Positions 19,527 to 30,146 of a stretch of DNA of 64,000 bases are shown piece by piece (positions within the stretch are counted from its first letter, which is position 1; each line of letters begins with the position of its first letter). The notes under the pieces were generated by a model, which was not told the origin of the DNA, did not search any database, and saw only the letters and a list, made by a program, of their open reading frames with translations. Source of the DNA: Syntrophomonadaceae bacterium. GTDB lineage: Bacteria > Bacillota > Syntrophomonadia > Syntrophomonadales > Syntrophomonadaceae. The stretch is taken from NCBI GenBank assembly GCA_049656905.1, contig JBASMO010000044.1:482-64481 (forward strand), in the 5' to 3' direction. The translations under genes and the position numbers were made by a program.

Positions 19527-19555
19527 TTGCAAAAGCACTTGCTCTCTGGTATATT
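19527..19555 (+). promoter_or_regulatory. Sigma-A type promoter for rpsB-tsf
   Basis: TTGCAA (19527-19532), a 17-nt spacer, then TATATT (19550-19555) preceded by a TGg extended -10. It lies about 105 nt upstream of the rpsB ATG. Confidence 0.6.
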
Positions 19556-19583
19556 ATTTTTTGGTAATTACACACGCTGGGGA

Positions 19584-19621
19584 CTTTTCAACTCGTGCTG
19601 GGTGAATCAGTGGTTGAAAAG
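19584..19621 (+). promoter_or_regulatory. Structured rpsB 5' leader hairpin
   Basis: A 9-bp stem, CTTTTCAAC (19584-19592) pairing with GTTGAAAAG (19613-19621), sits between the promoter and the rpsB SD. Its function is not established from sequence. Confidence 0.35.
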
Positions 19622-19661
19622 GATGAATCTAGCGGAGGACAAACGAAAAGGAGGATTAACT

Positions 19662-20360
19662 ATGTCAGTCATTACCATGAAACAACTCCTGGAAGCAGGA
19701 GTGCATTTTGGACATCAGACCCGCCGATGGAATCCCAAAATGGCTCCGTACATTTATATGGAGCGTAACGGCATTTACATCATCGATTTACAGCAGACCG
19801 TTAAAAAATTTGATGAAGCCTATGAGTTTATTAAAAGTGTAGTGGCAGAAGGCCAAGATGTGCTTTTTGTCGGCACTAAGAAACAGGCTCAGGAGACTAT
19901 TCGTGAAGAAGCTAGCCGCTGTGGTATGCATTTTGTTAACCAGCGTTGGTTAGGGGGTATGCTAACCAATTATAAAACCATTCGTTCCCGGGTATTACGT
20001 CTAAAGCAACTGGAAAAGATGGAAGCTGAAGGAGCTTTTGATGTATTAACTAAGAAAGAAGTCGCCAAGCTAGTTAATGAAAGGGAACGTCTGGAGCGGT
20101 TTTTAGGTGGTATCAAAGAAATGGATAAATTGCCCGGAGCTGTCTTTGTGGTGGATCCCCGTAAAGAAAAGATAGCGGTGGCAGAAGCCCGTAAGTTAAA
20201 TATTCCGGTGGTGGCTATTGTAGATACCAATTGCGACCCAGATGAAATTGATTATGTAATTCCTGGCAATGACGATGCTATCAGGGCAGTAAAACTGATT
20301 TCCTCTAAAATTGCTGATGCCGTGTTAGAAAGCAAGCAAGGTGAGCAGGTAACAGCATAG
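19662..20360 (+). CDS. rpsB: 30S ribosomal protein S2
   Basis: [27 protein letters not shown] is the canonical S2 N-terminus. ATG 19662 lies 7 nt after AAGGAGG. The longer track ORF from 19491 is leader sequence. Confidence 0.95.
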   Translation: MSVITMKQLLEAGVHFGHQTRRWNPKMAPYIYMERNGIYIIDLQQTVKKFDEAYEFIKSVVAEGQDVLFVGTKKQAQETIREEASRCGMHFVNQRWLGGMLTNYKTIRSRVLRLKQLEKMEAEGAFDVLTKKEVAKLVNERERLERFLGGIKEMDKLPGAVFVVDPRKEKIAVAEARKLNIPVVAIVDTNCDPDEIDYVIPGNDDAIRAVKLISSKIADAVLESKQGEQVTA

Positions 20361-20371
20361 AGCGCCATTAG

Positions 20372-20401
20372 GGGGGTGAAACATACAATCACCCCCTTTT
20401 T
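20372..20401 (+). terminator. Intrinsic terminator/attenuator between rpsB and tsf
   Basis: GGGGGTGA (20372-20379) pairs with TCACCCCC (20389-20396), followed by TTTTT. Confidence 0.7.
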
Positions 20402-20428
20402 CTAAATAATTTATAGGAGGTTGCCATA

Positions 20429-21076
20429 GTGATAACAGCACAGATGGTTAAAGAACTCCGGGAGAGAACCGGTGCAGGAATGATGGATTGCAAAAGGGCT
20501 TTGGAGGCTACCCAGGGAGATATTGAAAAAGCCATTGATGAGCTTCGCACCAAAGGTCTAGCCAAAGCTGCTAAGAAGGCTAGCCGTGTAGCCAGTGAAG
20601 GTACAATAACTTCTTATATACACGGTGGGGGCCGGATCGGTGTATTAGTAGAAGTAAATTGTGAAACCGATTTTGTTGCTAAAACGGATGAGTTTAAGCA
20701 GTTGGCTTATAACATTGCTATGCAAATCGCTGCCTCTAATCCCCAGTATGTCAGGAGAGAAGATGTACCTGAGGCTGTCCAGGAACATGAGAAAGAAGTA
20801 TTGCGTGCTCAGGCTTTAGAAGAAGGCAAGCCGGAAAAAGTTGTGGCCAAGATGGTGGAAGGCCGCCTCGAAAAGTTTTTCCAAGAAAATTGTCTTTTAG
20901 AACAGCCTTATATTAAAGATCCTGATAAGACGGTACAGGAAATGATTCTGGAAATGGTTGCCAAGATCGGAGAAAATATTAATGTTCGTCGTTTTGCCCG
21001 TTATGAAGTAGGAGAGGGCGTAGAAAAAGAAGAAGTTGATTTTGCGGCTGAGGTTATGGCACAGATAAAATCATAA
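20429..21076 (+). CDS. tsf: Elongation factor Ts
   Basis: [24 protein letters not shown] is the canonical EF-Ts UBA-like N-terminus. GTG start follows AGGAGG. Confidence 0.95.
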   Translation: MITAQMVKELRERTGAGMMDCKRALEATQGDIEKAIDELRTKGLAKAAKKASRVASEGTITSYIHGGGRIGVLVEVNCETDFVAKTDEFKQLAYNIAMQIAASNPQYVRREDVPEAVQEHEKEVLRAQALEEGKPEKVVAKMVEGRLEKFFQENCLLEQPYIKDPDKTVQEMILEMVAKIGENINVRRFARYEVGEGVEKEEVDFAAEVMAQIKS

Positions 21077-21085
21077 GTTATATAA

Positions 21086-21823
21086 ATGGATCTGGGAGGT
21101 AATGGCTTGAAATCCCCGAAATACAAAAGGATAGTGCTCAAGCTGAGTGGTGAAGCCCTGGCGGGAAACAGAGGATATGGGATAGATCATGATGTGCTCA
21201 CTTCCATATCTCGCCAGGTAGTTGAAGTTGTAGAGCAGGGTGTTCAAGTTGGTATTGTAGTCGGTGGCGGCAATATCTGGCGGGGAGTAGCAGGCAGTGC
21301 CCAGGGCATGGATCGGGCCACCGCTGATTACATGGGTATGCTGGCCACTGTTATCAATGCCTTGGCTTTGCAGGATGCATTAGAAAAAGAAAATATGGGC
21401 ACTCGGGTTATGTCGGCTATTGAAATGAAAGAAATTGCTGAACCTTACATAAGAAGGCGAGCCATTAGACATCTGGAAAAAGGCCGAGTGGTCATTTTTG
21501 CAGCAGGTACAGGAAATCCCTATTTCTCCACAGATACGGCCGCTGCCCTTCGTTCTGCAGAAATAGAAGCAGAAGTTATTCTTATGGCCAAAAAAGTGGA
21601 TGGTGTCTATGATTCAGATCCGGTTACTAACCCAGAAGCCCAAAAATTTACGGACTTGGGTTATATAGATGTTTTGAATAAAGGACTAGGAGTTATGGAT
21701 TCCACTGCCGCATCATTGTGTATGGATAACGGTATACCGATTATTGTCTTTGATCTAACCCAGGAAGGCAATATTCTTAGAGCGGTTATGGGTGAGGATA
21801 TAGGCACCTACGTTGGGAGGTAA
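21086..21823 (+). CDS. pyrH: UMP kinase
   Basis: [13 protein letters not shown] and [10 protein letters not shown] motifs. TTG 21107, 7 nt after GGAGG, is a likely alternative start. Confidence 0.95.
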   Translation: MDLGGNGLKSPKYKRIVLKLSGEALAGNRGYGIDHDVLTSISRQVVEVVEQGVQVGIVVGGGNIWRGVAGSAQGMDRATADYMGMLATVINALALQDALEKENMGTRVMSAIEMKEIAEPYIRRRAIRHLEKGRVVIFAAGTGNPYFSTDTAAALRSAEIEAEVILMAKKVDGVYDSDPVTNPEAQKFTDLGYIDVLNKGLGVMDSTAASLCMDNGIPIIVFDLTQEGNILRAVMGEDIGTYVGR

Positions 21824-21827
21824 TAAA

Positions 21828-22385
21828 ATGATCAATGACATTCTTAGTGAAGCGGAAGACAGAATGAAAAAAGCGGTAGAGTACCTGACCAAAGACTTAG
21901 CAACACTGAGAGCAGGGCGTGCCAATCCAGCCATGCTGGATAAAGTGATGGTTGATTATTACGGAGAACCAACCCCTTTGAATCAGCTGGCCAATATAAC
22001 GGTACCTGAAGCGCGGCTACTGGTGATACAGCCGTGGGACAAAAGCAGTATGGCTGATATTGAAAAAGCTATATTGAAATCAGACCTAGGTGTAACCCCT
22101 AACAATGACGGCAATGTAATTCGGATTGTCATACCTCAGTTGACTGAAGAACGCCGTAAAGAATTAGTAAAAGTTGTGAAAAAACGGGGCGAAGAAGCTA
22201 AAGTAGCGGTACGTAATATTCGCCGGGATGCCAATGATATGCTGAAGTCTAGCGAGAAGGAGAAGATGATTTCTGAGGATGAAGCCAAAAGGGGAAGCGA
22301 AGAGGTTCAAAAGGCGACCGATAAATATATAAAGGATATCGATGTAATACTGGCCGCCAAGGAGAAGGATATTATGGAAGTCTAG
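21828..22385 (+). CDS. frr: Ribosome recycling factor
   Basis: 185-aa product with conserved [12 protein letters not shown] and IRRDANDM segments. ATG 21828 is preferred over the track start at 21813. Confidence 0.95.
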   Translation: MINDILSEAEDRMKKAVEYLTKDLATLRAGRANPAMLDKVMVDYYGEPTPLNQLANITVPEARLLVIQPWDKSSMADIEKAILKSDLGVTPNNDGNVIRIVIPQLTEERRKELVKVVKKRGEEAKVAVRNIRRDANDMLKSSEKEKMISEDEAKRGSEEVQKATDKYIKDIDVILAAKEKDIMEV

Positions 22386-22429
22386 CCAGATAGATGACTA
22401 CCATGTATTATATTAATAGATGGTTAACC

Positions 22430-22460
22430 TACCCCCGGTAAACGGGGGTATTATGATTTT
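22430..22460 (+). terminator. Intrinsic terminator after frr
   Basis: TACCCCCG (22430-22437) pairs with CGGGGGTA (22443-22450), followed by a T-rich tract (TTATGATTTT). Confidence 0.6.
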
Positions 22461-22481
22461 AGGAAGAAGGGTGAACGGTGA

Positions 22482-23228
22482 ATGACTACACCCAACTACA
22501 GGCAACTCATTAAAAAGGATAAATTGCCCCGGCATATAGCTATAATTATGGATGGCAATGGCCGTTGGGCCAAAAGGCGCTTCATGCCTCGTACCTTTGG
22601 GCATCGTGCTGGTATGAGTTCCTTAAAACAGACCGTGAAAACCTGCGCTGAACTGGGAATTTCATATCTTACCGTATTTGCTTTTTCAACGGAAAACTGG
22701 AAAAGGCCTCAAGACGAAATCAGCTATTTAATGGGCCTTCTAGTAGAGTATATCGATAAGGAAATTGATGAATTGCATCAAAATCATATACATTTACAGG
22801 TCTTGGGTGACTATCGCAGTTTGCCTGTAGACAGCGTACAGGCTATTGACCTGGCTTTGCAGAAAACTGCTGCCAATCAAGGTATGGTTTTTAACATTGC
22901 TATTAATTATGGTGCCCGCGATGAAATAATCAAAGCTGTGCAGCATTTGGGTGCCCTTATTAAGCAAGGGCAGCTAGAACCAGAAGATATTGATGAGTAT
23001 TGCTTTAGCCAAGCTTTATACACCAAAGGTCTACCGGATCCAGATCTGCTTATTAGGACCGCAGGTGAAATAAGGGTAAGTAATTTTTTGCTCTGGCAGA
23101 TTGCCTACACAGAACTGTGGTTTTCGTCACTAATGTGGCCTGAATTCAATCAGGAAGAACTTTTGAAAGCCATATGGGAGTTTCAACAGCGGGACCGTCG
23201 CTTTGGGGGATTAACTCAACAGAAGTAA
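22482..23228 (+). CDS. uppS: Undecaprenyl diphosphate synthase
   Basis: HIAIIMDGNGRWA and TVFAFSTENWKRP motifs of cis-prenyltransferases. Confidence 0.95.
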   Translation: MTTPNYRQLIKKDKLPRHIAIIMDGNGRWAKRRFMPRTFGHRAGMSSLKQTVKTCAELGISYLTVFAFSTENWKRPQDEISYLMGLLVEYIDKEIDELHQNHIHLQVLGDYRSLPVDSVQAIDLALQKTAANQGMVFNIAINYGARDEIIKAVQHLGALIKQGQLEPEDIDEYCFSQALYTKGLPDPDLLIRTAGEIRVSNFLLWQIAYTELWFSSLMWPEFNQEELLKAIWEFQQRDRRFGGLTQQK

Positions 23229-23238
23229 GGAGATTGTC

Positions 23239-24024
23239 ATGCTTAGAACCCGAATTATCACAGCCTTAATTGGGGTACCTCTTCTGATAGGGATACTTTA
23301 TGCCGGAGAAATACCGCGCACCGGTTTCTTCATCCTGCTGGCTTTACTGGGCATGTATGAATTCAACGGTATGCTTAAGGCGGCGGGCCGTAAAAATCCA
23401 CTCTTGCCAGCTCTATTATTCATGCTGGCGTTGCTTTTAGTAGAGGTGGTAGACTATCCATTAATGCCCTTGCTAATAACAGCTATATTATTATCCTTGT
23501 TCATTTCGGTGGTAAGCTATCCGAAGGTTTCATTTGACGATAATGCCATGACTATTTTTTTTGCCACTTATTTAGGGGTATGTTTGTCCTATGCCATAAA
23601 ACTGTCTCTTTCGGAGCAGGGGTTTGCCCTCTGTATGCTGGCGTTCATCTTAACTTGGGCCAGTGATATAGGCGGGTATGCAGCAGGAGTTAAATGGGGT
23701 AAACATAAAATGACCCCCCGCTTGAGTCCCAATAAAACCTGGGAGGGCTCTCTGGGCAGTGTTATTTTAACCTCGGTAGCCGCACTATTGTTTTTTAATT
23801 TGACTGATATGACGACATTATCCAGTGCATATGCTTTATTACTAGGTGTGTTAGCCAGTACGGCTGCTCAGTTTGGAGATTTATATATGTCTGGGGTGAA
23901 AAGATTTTTTGCCGTTAAGGACAGCGGACACCTTATACCCGGACATGGAGGATTTTTAGATCGCTTTGATAGTTTTCTGGTGGTAGCGCCGGTAGTGTAT
24001 TTTTACCTTCAATACTTGGGGTAA
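23239..24024 (+). CDS. cdsA: Phosphatidate cytidylyltransferase
   Basis: Polytopic membrane protein with the C-terminal CdsA signature SGVKRFFAVKDSGHLIPGHGGFLDRFDS. Confidence 0.9.
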   Translation: MLRTRIITALIGVPLLIGILYAGEIPRTGFFILLALLGMYEFNGMLKAAGRKNPLLPALLFMLALLLVEVVDYPLMPLLITAILLSLFISVVSYPKVSFDDNAMTIFFATYLGVCLSYAIKLSLSEQGFALCMLAFILTWASDIGGYAAGVKWGKHKMTPRLSPNKTWEGSLGSVILTSVAALLFFNLTDMTTLSSAYALLLGVLASTAAQFGDLYMSGVKRFFAVKDSGHLIPGHGGFLDRFDSFLVVAPVVYFYLQYLG

Positions 24025-24043
24025 AGAACGGGGGAAATAATAA

Positions 24044-25162
24044 ATGGATCCTGAACTGCAAAAAAGCGTCAAACTACTGGTCAAAATGGCAATTCTCACT
24101 CTATCTCTAATAATCATATACCTTCTGTTTGCCTATGTTTTTCCCATCGTGGGGGAAATTCTAATATATATTCCTATACTTTTTTTACCCTTTATTATTG
24201 CCATTGCCATTGCGGTAGTGATCGAACCTATAGTGGTGTTTTTTGAGACCAGGCTGAGAATGAGACGGAGCCTGGCGGTAGTTTTTAGTCTGGTTTTTTC
24301 AGTAGGCGGATTTATATATTTAGTTTCGCTGGCTATATCTCAAATCGTTAAAGAGCTATCAGGATTATATCCACTTATGCTGTCTTATTCGGATCAGGTG
24401 ATTACTAAATTCGTGACTGCCATTGGCGATTTTCGTTTATTCTACCTCCAATTAGATCTAGCCCCTGAATTAGAAAAAGCCCTGGAAGACAACCTGCAAA
24501 AAGCATCGGAAATACTGCAAACGGTAGCTAATAACAGTCTTAAGTATCTAATAGATGTCTTTTCAGCTCTGCCCGGAGCATTTATTCTTATATTAATAGC
24601 TATGGTGGCTACCTTCTTCATAATAAAGGATCGTGCTCTGTTGCGCACCTTTTTCCTGCAGATCATTCCCGGCAGTGCCAGGGCTCAATCTCGCGACGTT
24701 TTAGCCGAATTGTTCCGAGCTTTAATAGGGTTTTTGAAGGCTTACAGTATTTTAATCAGTATTACGGCTATCATAACTATTGTTGGGCTCAAAATATTGG
24801 GAATAAGCTACATTTTTACTATCGGCATTTTAGTGGGTATACTGGATATTCTACCCATACTAGGACCAGGCACTCTATTTATTCCTTGGATTATTTGGGA
24901 AATAATCAGTGGAGATACTGGGTTTGCGGTCAGCTTGTTGGTATTATATGTAATTATCTCCGTTGTACGGCAGTTTTTGGAGCCCAAAATCATCGGGGAC
25001 AATATAGGACTGCATCCCTTGGCTACTTTAATCTCTTTATATGTAGGTCTGCAATTGGGCGGTATAGTAGGAATGATTGCCGGGCCTGTTTTGCTGGTTA
25101 TTTTTATCGCCTGTTATAGAGTGGGTGTTTTCAATAGGTTTAACTGGAGGAAGAGTGATTAA
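24044..25162 (+). CDS. AI-2E/PerM family membrane protein, YtvI-like
   Basis: 372-aa polytopic protein with AI-2E family architecture and the C-terminal motif region (LEPKIIGDNIGLHPLATL). The YtvI-like sporulation assignment is tentative. Confidence 0.65.
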   Translation: MDPELQKSVKLLVKMAILTLSLIIIYLLFAYVFPIVGEILIYIPILFLPFIIAIAIAVVIEPIVVFFETRLRMRRSLAVVFSLVFSVGGFIYLVSLAISQIVKELSGLYPLMLSYSDQVITKFVTAIGDFRLFYLQLDLAPELEKALEDNLQKASEILQTVANNSLKYLIDVFSALPGAFILILIAMVATFFIIKDRALLRTFFLQIIPGSARAQSRDVLAELFRALIGFLKAYSILISITAIITIVGLKILGISYIFTIGILVGILDILPILGPGTLFIPWIIWEIISGDTGFAVSLLVLYVIISVVRQFLEPKIIGDNIGLHPLATLISLYVGLQLGGIVGMIAGPVLLVIFIACYRVGVFNRFNWRKSD

Positions 25163-26313
25163 TGCAATTTATTTCTGTGCTAGGCTCTACCGGCTCGATA
25201 GGGCAACAAACTCTGGATGTGGTAGCCCATCATCCTGAGCATTTCAGAATACTGGCTATCGCCGCTTTGAATGAAGTGGAATTGCTTTGTGAGCAGGTAC
25301 ATCGCTTTAATCCCGCCTATGTGGTGGTATATGACGAATCCAAGTATCAACAATTAAAAGAACGTATCCCTGATTCGGTGCAAATACTCACTGGTCAGGA
25401 TGGTTTATGTTATATAGCTTCTTTAGAAGAAGCTGACATAGTGGTAGTCGCGGTAAGCGGTGCCGTAGGCATTTTACCAACTATTGCTGCTGCCCAGGCT
25501 GGCAAACGCATAGCTCTGGCCAATAAAGAAACCCTGGTGGCCGCAGGAGATATCGTAATGCCTTTGTGTAAGAACTCAGGCAGTGAACTGATTCCTGTGG
25601 ACAGTGAACATTCCGCCATTTTTCAGTGCTTAAGAGACGAAGGCAAATATCTTCACCAGATATGGCTTACAGCCTCCGGGGGACCTTTCCGTTCCTACAG
25701 CTGGGAACAGTTACAGCAAGTAACGGTAGAAATGGCCTTGCAACATCCCAACTGGACTATGGGACCTAAAATTACGGTGGACTCAGCTAGTATGATGAAC
25801 AAAGGCTTAGAAGTCATCGAAGCCCACCATCTTTTTCAGGTGGATTTTGACCATATACAGGTACTCATTCACCCACAAAGCATAGTTCACTCCATGGTAG
25901 AGTATGTAGATGGCTCATGGCTGGCTCATTTAGGAGTTCCCGATATGAGAATTCCCATCCAATACGCCCTTACTTATCCCCAGAGGTTTTCTACTCCTAC
26001 CCAACAGCTTGATTTGCTCAGCTTACAGGCTTTGCATTTTGAAAAACCTGATGTAGAAAGGTTTCCTGCTCTTCAGTTAGCCTATGAAGCAGGCAGAACG
26101 GGTGGAACTATGCCGGCAGTACTAAATGCGGCCAATGAGGTGGCCGTGGAACACTTTTTGACTGGAAAGATAAAATTCACCAATATACCCGATATAGTTT
26201 CTCATGTTATGAGCTGTCATCAGGCCCAAGTGGTCAGAACGGTAAATGATGTATTACAATGGGACCATAATGCTAGAGAACTGGCCAAGGAGCGAATTGC
26301 TAAAGGGGGATAA
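25162..26313 (+). CDS. dxr: 1-deoxy-D-xylulose 5-phosphate reductoisomerase
   Basis: N-terminal GSTGSIGQQTLDV NADPH motif and the LANKETLV, DSEHSAIFQC, NKGLEVIEA catalytic motifs. Confidence 0.95.
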   Translation: MQFISVLGSTGSIGQQTLDVVAHHPEHFRILAIAALNEVELLCEQVHRFNPAYVVVYDESKYQQLKERIPDSVQILTGQDGLCYIASLEEADIVVVAVSGAVGILPTIAAAQAGKRIALANKETLVAAGDIVMPLCKNSGSELIPVDSEHSAIFQCLRDEGKYLHQIWLTASGGPFRSYSWEQLQQVTVEMALQHPNWTMGPKITVDSASMMNKGLEVIEAHHLFQVDFDHIQVLIHPQSIVHSMVEYVDGSWLAHLGVPDMRIPIQYALTYPQRFSTPTQQLDLLSLQALHFEKPDVERFPALQLAYEAGRTGGTMPAVLNAANEVAVEHFLTGKIKFTNIPDIVSHVMSCHQAQVVRTVNDVLQWDHNARELAKERIAKGG

Positions 26314-26316
26314 TCA

Positions 26317-27348
26317 ATGTCCGTTTTAATAACCATCATAATCATTGCCGTTCTTATTTTGGCTCATGAATGGGGTCATTTTATGGCGGCGCGCCGTATA
26401 GGAATACCTGTTTATGAGTTTAGTCTCGGTTTTGGTACTAAGCTGCTATCGACTAAACGCAATGGAGTTGAGTATTCACTGCGCTTACTGCCTTTAGGCG
26501 GGTATGTTCGTATGGCCGGTGAAGAACCAGGGGATGAGAACGACCCTAATGGATTTAATAACCGTACTCCACTGGAAAAGATACGGGTGTCTTTTGCCGG
26601 CCCCTTTATGAATTTTGTGTTGGCCTTACTGCTATTTATTTTCAGTTTTGCTTTTATTGGTATTCCTGAATCATCGGATCAACCGGTATTAGGAAAAGTA
26701 CTGGATAACAGACCGGCAGCTGAGGCAGGCTTAAAACCAGGGGATCGTATTATAAGTGTAAACCAAAAATCAGTAGCCACCTGGTCTGATTTTACAGAAA
26801 TGATTGCCGCTTCTACCTCGGGAGAACCACTTTACCTGGAAGTAGAGCGGGACGGGAGGAGCCAGAGCCTTAAGGTATTCCCAGACAATGAAGGAACCGG
26901 GGGCAAACCCGCCATTGGAGTATTGAACCAGGTGAATTATAATAGGCTGGGTATAGGGGATTCGATCAAACTGGGACTGGAGCAGACTTATCAGCTAACC
27001 GTTCTTCTATTATCCTGGTTGGGAACCTTATTCACAGGCGGTGCATCCACAGCTGATTTGGCGGGACCAGTAGGTATTGTCAGTCTGGTTGGCGAAGCGG
27101 CACAGATTGGCACGGTGTTTTTGCTTAATTTCGCAGCCTACCTGAGTATAAACTTAGGGATTCTTAATCTTTTGCCTATACCAGCTTTGGACGGCAGTCG
27201 TATTGTGTTTGCGGTGGTGCAGGCAGTGCGTAGAAAGCCTATGGAGCCGGAAAAAGAAGGATTTGTTCACTGGTTGGGCTTTTTACTCTTGATGTTGCTG
27301 ATTGTAATCGTTACTTTTAACGATATTGTAAGGTTAATTAAAGGATGA
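26317..27348 (+). CDS. rseP: Site-2 (RIP) zinc metalloprotease RseP/RasP
   Basis: HEWGH zinc motif in TM1, an internal PDZ domain (GLKPGDRIISVN) and the C-terminal NLLPIPALDG motif. Confidence 0.9.
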   Translation: MSVLITIIIIAVLILAHEWGHFMAARRIGIPVYEFSLGFGTKLLSTKRNGVEYSLRLLPLGGYVRMAGEEPGDENDPNGFNNRTPLEKIRVSFAGPFMNFVLALLLFIFSFAFIGIPESSDQPVLGKVLDNRPAAEAGLKPGDRIISVNQKSVATWSDFTEMIAASTSGEPLYLEVERDGRSQSLKVFPDNEGTGGKPAIGVLNQVNYNRLGIGDSIKLGLEQTYQLTVLLLSWLGTLFTGGASTADLAGPVGIVSLVGEAAQIGTVFLLNFAAYLSINLGILNLLPIPALDGSRIVFAVVQAVRRKPMEPEKEGFVHWLGFLLLMLLIVIVTFNDIVRLIKG

Positions 27349-28424
27349 GTCCTATGCGCCGGAAAACCAGAGTTATTAAAATAGGGGATGTCCGCATTGG
27401 AGGAGAACATCCCATAGTAGTTCAGTCTATGACCAATACTGATACCAGAAATGTTGAGGCCACCGTCCGGCAAATACAGCAACTGGAGACGGTGGGTTGT
27501 GAGATCGTTAGGGTAGCGGTACCAGACGAGGAGGCAGCAGGAGCTATCGCGAAAATAGTGCCGCAGATAAATATCCCCTTGATAGCTGATATTCATTTTG
27601 ACTACCGTTTAGCCCTCAAAAGCATTGCCGCGGGAGCTCAGGGACTGCGCATTAATCCTGGCAATATTGGTGAGCGAAAAAGGGTTCAAGAAGTCGTGCG
27701 TCAATGCCAGGAGCGGGGCATACCAATTCGCATAGGTGTTAACGCAGGCTCCTTGGAACGATCATTACTCACCAAGTATGGGAAAGCCAGTGCTCCCGCT
27801 ATGGTGGAAAGTGCCTTGGAGCATATAAAAATTTTAGAAGATATGGGATTTACGGACATCAAGATTTCCATGAAATCTTCTTCGGTGTTGATGACAGTCA
27901 ATGCTTATCAAATGTTGTCACAGCAAGTGGATTATCCCCTGCATGTGGGCATAACAGAAGCAGGCACCTTAGAACGGGGACTGCTCAAATCAGCAGTGGG
28001 ATTAGGGCTGTTGTTGTACCAGGGCATAGGTGACACCATCCGGGTTTCCCTCACTGCCGATCCGGTGGAAGAAGTATGGGCAGCTTATGAAATCTTGCGC
28101 AATTTGGAGTTGAGACAACGGGGGGTAGAATTGATTTCCTGTCCTACTTGCGGCCGCTGTGAAATTGACCTGATCAACTTGGCCCAGTCGGTGGAGGAAA
28201 AAGTCAAGTTTATTCCTGAGCCCATAAAAATAGCAGTGATGGGATGTGTTGTTAATGGTCCTGGGGAAGCCAGGGACGCGGACATAGGTGTAGCCGGGGG
28301 ACGGGGAGTCGGACTGCTGTTTCGCAATGGAGAAATCATCAAAAAAGTACCGCAAACCCAATTAATAGATGAATTAATGGCAGAAATTTATAAACAATGT
28401 GGACAAGGGGGTACAGGCCAATGA
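27345..28424 (+). CDS. ispG: 4-hydroxy-3-methylbut-2-en-1-yl diphosphate synthase
   Basis: VQSMTNT, RINPGNIG and CPTCGRC cluster motifs. ATGA overlap with rseP. Confidence 0.95.
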   Translation: MSPMRRKTRVIKIGDVRIGGEHPIVVQSMTNTDTRNVEATVRQIQQLETVGCEIVRVAVPDEEAAGAIAKIVPQINIPLIADIHFDYRLALKSIAAGAQGLRINPGNIGERKRVQEVVRQCQERGIPIRIGVNAGSLERSLLTKYGKASAPAMVESALEHIKILEDMGFTDIKISMKSSSVLMTVNAYQMLSQQVDYPLHVGITEAGTLERGLLKSAVGLGLLLYQGIGDTIRVSLTADPVEEVWAAYEILRNLELRQRGVELISCPTCGRCEIDLINLAQSVEEKVKFIPEPIKIAVMGCVVNGPGEARDADIGVAGGRGVGLLFRNGEIIKKVPQTQLIDELMAEIYKQCGQGGTGQ

Positions 28425-30124
28425 AATTTTCTGAGTTGTTTTGTCCTACACTACGAGAGATGCCCAGTGAGGCGGAAACTGTCAGCCACCAGTTGCTGCT
28501 GAGAGCAGGTTATATCCGCAAAGCTGGTGCGGGGATATATTCATATCTGCCCTTGGCCCAGCGAGTGCTGAAAAAAATCGAGGCCATTGTGCGTGAAGAA
28601 ATGGACCGGGCGGGAGGTCAGGAACTGCTGATGCCCATAATACAGCCCCGGGAGCTGTGGGAGCAGTCTGGTCGCTGGGATGTTTATGGTGATGAAATGT
28701 TTAGACTCCTGGACCGTCACCAGCGTTATTTTGCCCTGGGACCCACTCATGAAGAGATAATTACCAGCCTGGTTAATGGAGATGTCCACTCCTACCGGGA
28801 TTTACCTTTATTACTATATCAAATTCAGAATAAATACCGGGACGAAATCCGTCCCCGCTTCGGTTTAATGCGGGGCAGAGAATTCATAATGAAAGATTTG
28901 TACTCCTTTGATATGGACGAAGCGGGTTTGGATGTATCCTACCTAAAAATGTATACTGCCTATAACCGGATTTTTCAACGGTTAAAACTCCAGTATCGGG
29001 TGGTGGAAGCGGACAGCGGGGCTATTGGCGGCAATGAAAGCCATGAATTTATGGTTCTGGCTGATACCGGTGAGGATGCCATTGTATTTTGTGAAAGGGA
29101 AGATTTTGCATCCAACGTAGAGAAGGCTGCCTGTGTTTATAGAGATGAAGGGCCCCATGAAGATATGCGGGAAATGCAAAAAATACATACTCCCGGTATG
29201 CGCACTATCAAAGATTTGGTGGATTTTACCGGAGAACCTGAACAGCGACACGTAAAGACGTTAATGTATTTTGCCGATGGACAGCTGGTAGCTGTTATTC
29301 TACGGGGTGATCGAGAACTTAACGAAATAAAGCTTAAAAATGTTTTAGGCTGTAATCAATTGTTTATGGCTGATGATGATTCGGTCCGATCCGCATGCGG
29401 GGCTGGATTTGGCTCTTTAGGACCGGTGGGCATGGACATAAAGATTTATGCTGACCAGGAGATAGCCGGTCTGAGGAACTTTACTTGTGGAGCCAATGAG
29501 GACGACTATCATTATATAAATGTTAACCCCGGTCGCGACTTCCTACCGGAAGACTATGTGGATATTCGTAATGCGGTAGAAGGAGACTTATGCCCGGTGT
29601 GCGGACATCCTCTCAAGGCCGCTCGTGGTATTGAAGTGGGGCACATATTCAAGCTAGGGACTAAATACTCTCAGGCCATGAACGCTACTGTTCTTGATAA
29701 GAATGGCCAGAGTGTTCATATAGTCATGGGCTGTTATGGTATAGGTATTTCCCGGACCATGGCGGCGGCTGTTGAACAAAATCACGATGAAAACGGGATA
29801 ATTTGGCCTATTCCCATCACTCCTTTCCAGGTGATTATTATACCCATTAATGTAAAAAAGCAAGAGCAAATGGAGGCAGCCCTATCCCTTTATAATGAAC
29901 TTCAGGAGCTTGGCCTGGAAGTACTGTTAGATGACCGGGATGAACGGGCCGGAGTTAAATTCAAGGATGCGGATTTAATTGGTATTCCTTTACGCATAGT
30001 CATAGGACCTAAAGCTTTGCAGGAGAATCAAGTCGAAATGAAGAAAAGATGGGAGAATGAAATCTATAATATTGCGATTGATCAGGTGGCCGGTACCATT
30101 ATGAATATCCTAAAAGAGGGGTAA
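28421..30124 (+). CDS. proS: Prolyl-tRNA synthetase (bacterial type with INS editing domain)
   Basis: Class II motifs (FRDEIRPRFGLMRGREF, GCYGIGISR), about 567 aa. The start is taken at ATG 28421 (MKFSELF...), overlapping the ispG stop. Confidence 0.95.
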   Translation: MKFSELFCPTLREMPSEAETVSHQLLLRAGYIRKAGAGIYSYLPLAQRVLKKIEAIVREEMDRAGGQELLMPIIQPRELWEQSGRWDVYGDEMFRLLDRHQRYFALGPTHEEIITSLVNGDVHSYRDLPLLLYQIQNKYRDEIRPRFGLMRGREFIMKDLYSFDMDEAGLDVSYLKMYTAYNRIFQRLKLQYRVVEADSGAIGGNESHEFMVLADTGEDAIVFCEREDFASNVEKAACVYRDEGPHEDMREMQKIHTPGMRTIKDLVDFTGEPEQRHVKTLMYFADGQLVAVILRGDRELNEIKLKNVLGCNQLFMADDDSVRSACGAGFGSLGPVGMDIKIYADQEIAGLRNFTCGANEDDYHYINVNPGRDFLPEDYVDIRNAVEGDLCPVCGHPLKAARGIEVGHIFKLGTKYSQAMNATVLDKNGQSVHIVMGCYGIGISRTMAAAVEQNHDENGIIWPIPITPFQVIIIPINVKKQEQMEAALSLYNELQELGLEVLLDDRDERAGVKFKDADLIGIPLRIVIGPKALQENQVEMKKRWENEIYNIAIDQVAGTIMNILKEG

Positions 30125-30146
30125 CAACAGGCCAGGAAGTGAAGTT

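Noticed and set aside
19491-19661. N-terminal extension of rpsB (the track ORF starts at 19491)
   Set aside because: The canonical S2 N-terminus [19 protein letters not shown] starts at ATG 19662, behind a strong SD. The upstream part contains the promoter and a structured leader, and its translation is not S2-like.
28380-28425. T-box or other leader upstream of proS
   Set aside because: proS overlaps the end of ispG, leaving no room for a leader. No T-box sequence was seen anywhere in the window.
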